From: Chloroflexota bacterium
GTDB taxonomy: Bacteria; Chloroflexota; Anaerolineae; Anaerolineales; Villigracilaceae
Length of the DNA: 64,000 nt
NCBI GenBank assembly: GCA_016234485.1
Contig: JACRBL010000037.1
Coordinates: 41,597 to 105,596, forward strand
Direction of reading: 5' to 3'
Numbering within the stretch: the stretch's first letter is position 1; each line of letters opens with the position of its first letter. Of the stretch, positions 62,758 to 64,000 are shown one piece after another. The notes under the pieces are model-generated. The model ran no database searches. It worked only from the letters and a program-made list of their open reading frames with translations, and was not told the DNA's origin. The translations under genes and the position numbers were made by a program.

Positions 62758-62822
62758 TTTCTCCCCCAACTGACGGAGAAAAACACTCCCCAACCGATGG
62801 ATGCTGCCCGTGAGCGTTTGCT
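62758..62822 (+). repeat. ~60-bp hairpin element, copy C (degenerate)
   Basis: TTTCTCCCCCAACTGACGGAGAA AAACACTCCCCAACCGATGGATGCTGCCCGTGAGCGTTT. The right arm has diverged. Confidence 0.6.
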
Positions 62823-62875
62823 TTAATATGTATTTATTGAAATTCACATCAAATATCCAAAGGTGTAAATTTGCC

Positions 62876-63754
62876 ATGTCTATTTACGAAGAACACGTGT
62901 CTTTTTTGGAATTTCTCTACCCAAAGCCGAACTCTACCAGGTCAGAGTTAACTGAATCCTTAGGGAATCTTGCAGGGCTATTCGTGGAAGTTTTCAATGA
63001 TCTTCAAAGATCGAGGGCGGGGTTGCATGAGCAAATAGCCTCCTTGCAGGCCAGGAATAAGGAACTGGAAGCATATGCACACATGGTTGCCCACGATCTC
63101 AAGGATCCGTTGACGGCCATCATCGTAACTTCCAACCTGATCGCCAAAATTCCCAACATGACCCACAAGGAAATGAAGGAGTATTTACAGCAAATTGGCA
63201 TCACCGCCCTGGAAATGAACAAGACCATCAACAGCTTATTGCTCTTTGCCGAAGTGGGCAAGGCGGATGCGCCAGTGGGAACTGTGCACATGGCCGGAGT
63301 GGTCGCGAATGTCCTCAATCGTCTGAAACATTTGATCCAGCAACAACAGACCCAGATCATACTCCCGGATGTCTGGCCGGATTGCGTTGGTTACGGACCC
63401 TGGATCGAAGAGGTGTGGGCCAATTATCTCAGCAATGCCTTCAAGCACGGTGGACGCCCACCGCTCGCAGAATTGGGCGTGTCAACCCAGTCGGATGGCA
63501 TGCTTCGTTTTTGGATACGTGACAACGGCCCCGGTATCTCGCCTGTGGATCGCGCACAACTGTTCACACCGTTCAACCAGAACGGTCGCGCCCATTTTCC
63601 AGGGCATGGAATGGGCTTGCCCATGACGCTTTGCATCGTTGAGAAAATGGGTGGTCGGGTGGGAGTCGAAAGTGAAGTAGGCCAAGGCAGTCTTTTTTAC
63701 TTTACCCTACCGCCTGCCCAACATCCCATCCGCAAGGCTTTCTCTCCACGCTAG
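62876..63754 (+). CDS. histidine kinase (HisKA plus HATPase_c, short N-terminal region)
   Basis: Start taken at MSIYEEHV. Coiled-coil LQARNKELEAYAHMVAHDLKDPLTAI (H-box), N-box NYLSNAFKHG, G boxes IRDNGPGI and GHGMGL. Confidence 0.8.
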   Translation: MSIYEEHVSFLEFLYPKPNSTRSELTESLGNLAGLFVEVFNDLQRSRAGLHEQIASLQARNKELEAYAHMVAHDLKDPLTAIIVTSNLIAKIPNMTHKEMKEYLQQIGITALEMNKTINSLLLFAEVGKADAPVGTVHMAGVVANVLNRLKHLIQQQQTQIILPDVWPDCVGYGPWIEEVWANYLSNAFKHGGRPPLAELGVSTQSDGMLRFWIRDNGPGISPVDRAQLFTPFNQNGRAHFPGHGMGLPMTLCIVEKMGGRVGVESEVGQGSLFYFTLPPAQHPIRKAFSPR

Positions 63755-63778
63755 AAAATAGCACATTAAACACACCTC

Positions 63779-63808
63779 AATTGAATTGAATTGAATTGAA
63801 TTGAATTG
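63779..63808. repeat. pentanucleotide microsatellite (AATTG)x6
   Basis: Perfect AATTG x6 between the kinase stop (63754) and the RBS/TTG start of the next gene (63826). Confidence 0.9.
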
Positions 63809-63825
63809 AGTGGAAGGAGAATAAG

Positions 63826-64000
63826 TTGAAAGACCGATCTTCCAATGAAACTAGAATACCCCCAAGCGGTTTTGTCGACCATGAGCATAAATTGATCGTA
63901 TTACAGGAGTCGGAGGTTCGCTATCGGCGCCTCTTCGAGACAGCCAAAGATGGGATTTTGATCCTGGATGGGGACTCGGGTCGGATCACCGATGTTAACC
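63826..64000 (+). CDS. PAS domain signalling protein (partial, N-terminal 58 codons)
   Basis: Not in the ORF track. TTG at 63826, 9 nt after GGAAGGAG. The translation ...[33 protein letters not shown] parallels the PAS N-terminus of 61482-62474. It runs off the window. Confidence 0.6.
   Translation, partial: MKDRSSNETRIPPSGFVDHEHKLIVLQESEVRYRRLFETAKDGILILDGDSGRITDVN

Overview
This is a 64-kb bacterial chromosomal window of roughly 55-60% GC by eye, with a few sharply lower-GC inserts. I count about 55 protein-coding genes and recognised no rRNA, tRNA, CRISPR array, transposase or integrase. The gene content (delta-60 repeat and choice-of-anchor D/Q proteins, many apparently leaderless genes) suggests a Chloroflexota-like organism, but that is inference only. 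Layout: (i) 1-15472 is one long, tightly overlapping minus-strand operon for a Wzm/Wzt ABC-transporter-dependent surface glycan. It carries six sulfotransferase genes (five are tandem paralogues), three SAM methyltransferases (two ending in coiled coils), a GT4-coiled coil-GT2 enzyme, a DltD-like membrane protein and a FAAL plus carrier-protein pair. This is the most unusual system in the window. (ii) 15.5-28.9 kb holds housekeeping genes (rplS, scpA, moaC, L25/Ctc, fabG, Asp23, nusB, tatA/tatC) plus secreted and membrane proteins. (iii) 29.0-32.4 kb is an ars operon. (iv) 32.7-50.5 kb holds TauE, a penicillin-acylase family protein, a delta-60 repeat protein, a ~1460-aa M6-protease/choice-of-anchor mega-protein bracketed by a ~70-bp direct repeat, a TipA-like MerR regulator, lipid/glycolipid genes, RluA, an MBL hydrolase and an MFS transporter. 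(v) 51.4-52.7 kb is a low-GC two-gene insert associated with a 71-bp direct repeat. (vi) 54.2-64.0 kb is a signalling/accessory region: a NarL-type two-component pair, an 18-unit 21-bp tandem array directly upstream of a compositionally mosaic MmeI-family (Type IIL-like) restriction-modification gene, HPF, a Cys/His-repeat lipoprotein, a PAS-GGDEF protein and histidine kinases. Intergenic DNA carries heptanucleotide tandem repeats and small palindromic hairpin repeats. All functional calls come from motif recognition by eye; no searches were run.
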